This document shows positions 61,716 to 64,000 of a stretch of DNA of 64,000 nt, one piece after another (within the stretch, counting starts at the first letter, position 1; each line of letters begins with the position of its first letter). The notes beneath the pieces were generated by a model. That model worked only from the letters and a program-made list of their open reading frames with translations, did not search any database and had not been told where the DNA came from. Where the stretch lies: NCBI GenBank assembly GCA_964016885.1, contig OZ024754.1, positions 35,774,001-35,838,000 of the forward strand, written 5' to 3'. Origin of the DNA: Eledone cirrhosa. Its lineage: Eukaryota. Made by a program: the position numbers and the translations under genes.

Positions 61716-62817
61716 CACTCTGTAAAAATGTAGGAACATACATAAGCGAGATGCAGTCCCTAACTTGTCTTTGAGGACAGTGGCTGTAAGTATGTGATAA
61801 CTTGGTCTGTAATGACCAAATCCAACCTTTTTTAGTATACACCCAGTGCACTCTGTAAAAATGTAGGAACATACATAAGCAAGATGGAGTCCCTAACTTG
61901 TCTTTGAGGACAGTGGCTGTAAGTATGTGATAACTTGGTCTGTAATGACCAAATCCAACCTTTTTTAGTATACACCCAGTTTACTCTGTAAAAATGTAGG
62001 AACATACATAAGCGAGATGGAGTCCCTAACTTGTCTTTGAGGACAGTGGCTGTAAGTATGTGATAACTTGGTCTGTAATGACCAAATCCAACCTTTTTTA
62101 GTATACACCCAGTGCACTCTGTAAAAATGTAGGAACATACATAAGCGAGATGCAGTCCCTAACTTGTCTTTGAGGACTGGCTGTAAGTATGTGATAACTT
62201 GGTCTGTAATGACCAAATCCAACCTTTTTTAGTATACACCCAGTGCACTCTGTAAAAATGTAGGAACATACATAAGCAAGATGGAGTCCCTAACTTGTCT
62301 TTGAGGACAGTGGCTGTAAGTATGTGATAACTTGGTCTGTAATGACCAAATCCAACCTTTTTTAGTATACACCCAGTGCACTCTGTAAAGTGTAGGAACA
62401 TACATAAGCGTGATGCAGTCCCTAACTTGTCTTTGAGGACAGTGGCTGTAAGTATGTGATAACTTGGTCTGTAATGACCAAATCCAACCTTTTTTAGTAT
62501 ACACCCAGTGCACTCTGTAAAGTGTAGGAACATACATAAGCAAGATGGAGTCCCTAACTTGTCTTTGAGGACAGTGGCTGTAAGTATGTGATAACTTGGT
62601 CTGTAATGACCAAATCCAACCTTTTTTAGTATACACCCAGTGCACTCTGTAAAGTGTAGGAACATACATAAGCGTGATGCAGTCCCTAACTTGTCTTTGA
62701 GGACAGTGGCTGTAAGTATGTGATAACTTGGTCTGTAATGACCAAATCCAACCTTTTTTAGTATACACCCAGTGCACTCTGTAAAGTGTAGGAACATAAA
62801 TAAGCAAGATGGAGTCC
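61716..62817. repeat. ~133-bp tandem array, ~8 copies
   Basis: CACTCTGTAAA..TAGGAACATACATAAGC..TAGTATACACCCAGTG. Confidence 0.95.
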
Positions 62818-64000
62818 CCGGCCTGTCTGTCAGGACAGTGGCACTGAGAAATTGATGACCTGGTCTCTGGTGGTATGTGCATTATAATCACAAAAAAAGC
62901 ATCCACTCCACACTATAAATGTGGTTGGTGTTAGGAAGGGCATCTAGCTATAGAAGCCAAACCAAAATACAGGTCTGTATGAGCAAGACCTGACTTGCCT
63001 CAGTTGTTAGCTGCTGAGACACTGCATCTTTTAAAACCTCCATGCTTCCTGAAATTCGCCTACACTATACCTGATATCACCCCCCCCCCCCCTCCATACA
63101 CACTCACATGTATATCAGGACTCATACACTGTTCAGTGGATTGGCAGTATCGGTAGAGGGTCAGACACCATGCTTTGCAGCAAAGAGTTACGGCCCTTTG
63201 TGGTCTGAGTTCAAATCCCGCTGAGGTTAACTTTGCCTTTCATCCTTACAGGGTCGATAAAATAAAGTACCAGTAATGAACTGGGATAATTACTGACCTT
63301 GTGCCAGCCAAAAGTAGAAACAATTATTCTATCTACTAAACATGATGCACCTTTGATGAGTTGTAGTGCACCTGAGCACTGTACACAATAATTTCATTAT
63401 TATTATTATTATAAAACAATGACGTGGCTAACCCATGCAAGCAAGGAAAATAAACATTAAATGATGATGAAACATACGAATATGTGAGTTAAGACACCAG
63501 TATATTGTTGGTACTTAAAGAGTTAAACATCTTATGTTTATTAATCTTTCAACTAATGTTTATTCTTAAAGTTTCTACTTTCAGACACTCCTTATTATCA
63601 TTATTGTTATTTCATCCTTACGGGGTCCATAAAATAAAGTACCAGTCACGCACTGGGGTCGATTTCATTGACTTTTCCCTCCCCCCAAAATTGCTGGCCT
63701 TGTGCCTGTATAAGAAACCATTATTATTATTGGGTAATTGCTGGCCTTGTGCCTAAAGTAGAAACAATTATTGTTATTATCATTAGGGCGTTGGATTGGC
63801 AGCATAGAGTTACGGCCCTTTATGATCTGAATTCAAATCCTGTCGAGGTTAACTTTGCCTTTCATCCTTACAGGGTTGATAAAATAAAGTACCAGTCACG
63901 TACTGGGGGGTCGATTTAATTGACTTTCCCCTTCCCTCAAATTACTGGCCTTGTACCTATACTAGAAATCATTATTATTATTATTGGTGGATTGGCAGTA

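Noticed and set aside
61678-62906. Repetitive minus-strand ORFs of 64-225 aa
   Set aside because: Translations of the 133-bp tandem array with shifting frames.

Overview
AT-rich, microsatellite- and SINE-dense eukaryotic DNA; the repeat types suggest an octopod cephalopod (inference). Bases 1-17.7 kb are intergenic and consist of simple repeats, minisatellites, SINEs, LINE fragments, MITEs and short TA-embedded hairpin elements. From 17951 the + strand carries a Claspin (CLSPN/Mrc1-family) gene. I traced 27 GT-AG coding exons by hand, with unbroken phase continuity (4134 nt, 1378 codons). They include [16 protein letters not shown]...ELYKMDNEE, a Chk1-binding motif ([11 protein letters not shown]) and the conserved [20 protein letters not shown] block; no stop codon is reached, so the last exon(s) probably lie beyond the window. 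Two E2F consensus sites flank exon 1. The most interesting non-coding signal is a set of short elements from several unrelated families, mostly in or beside (TA)n tracts, that carry type I hammerhead-ribozyme motifs. Two families are fold-back hairpins whose axis lies inside the ribozyme, consistent with Penelope-like retroelement termini. Almost all ORFs in the supplied track are simple-repeat artefacts.
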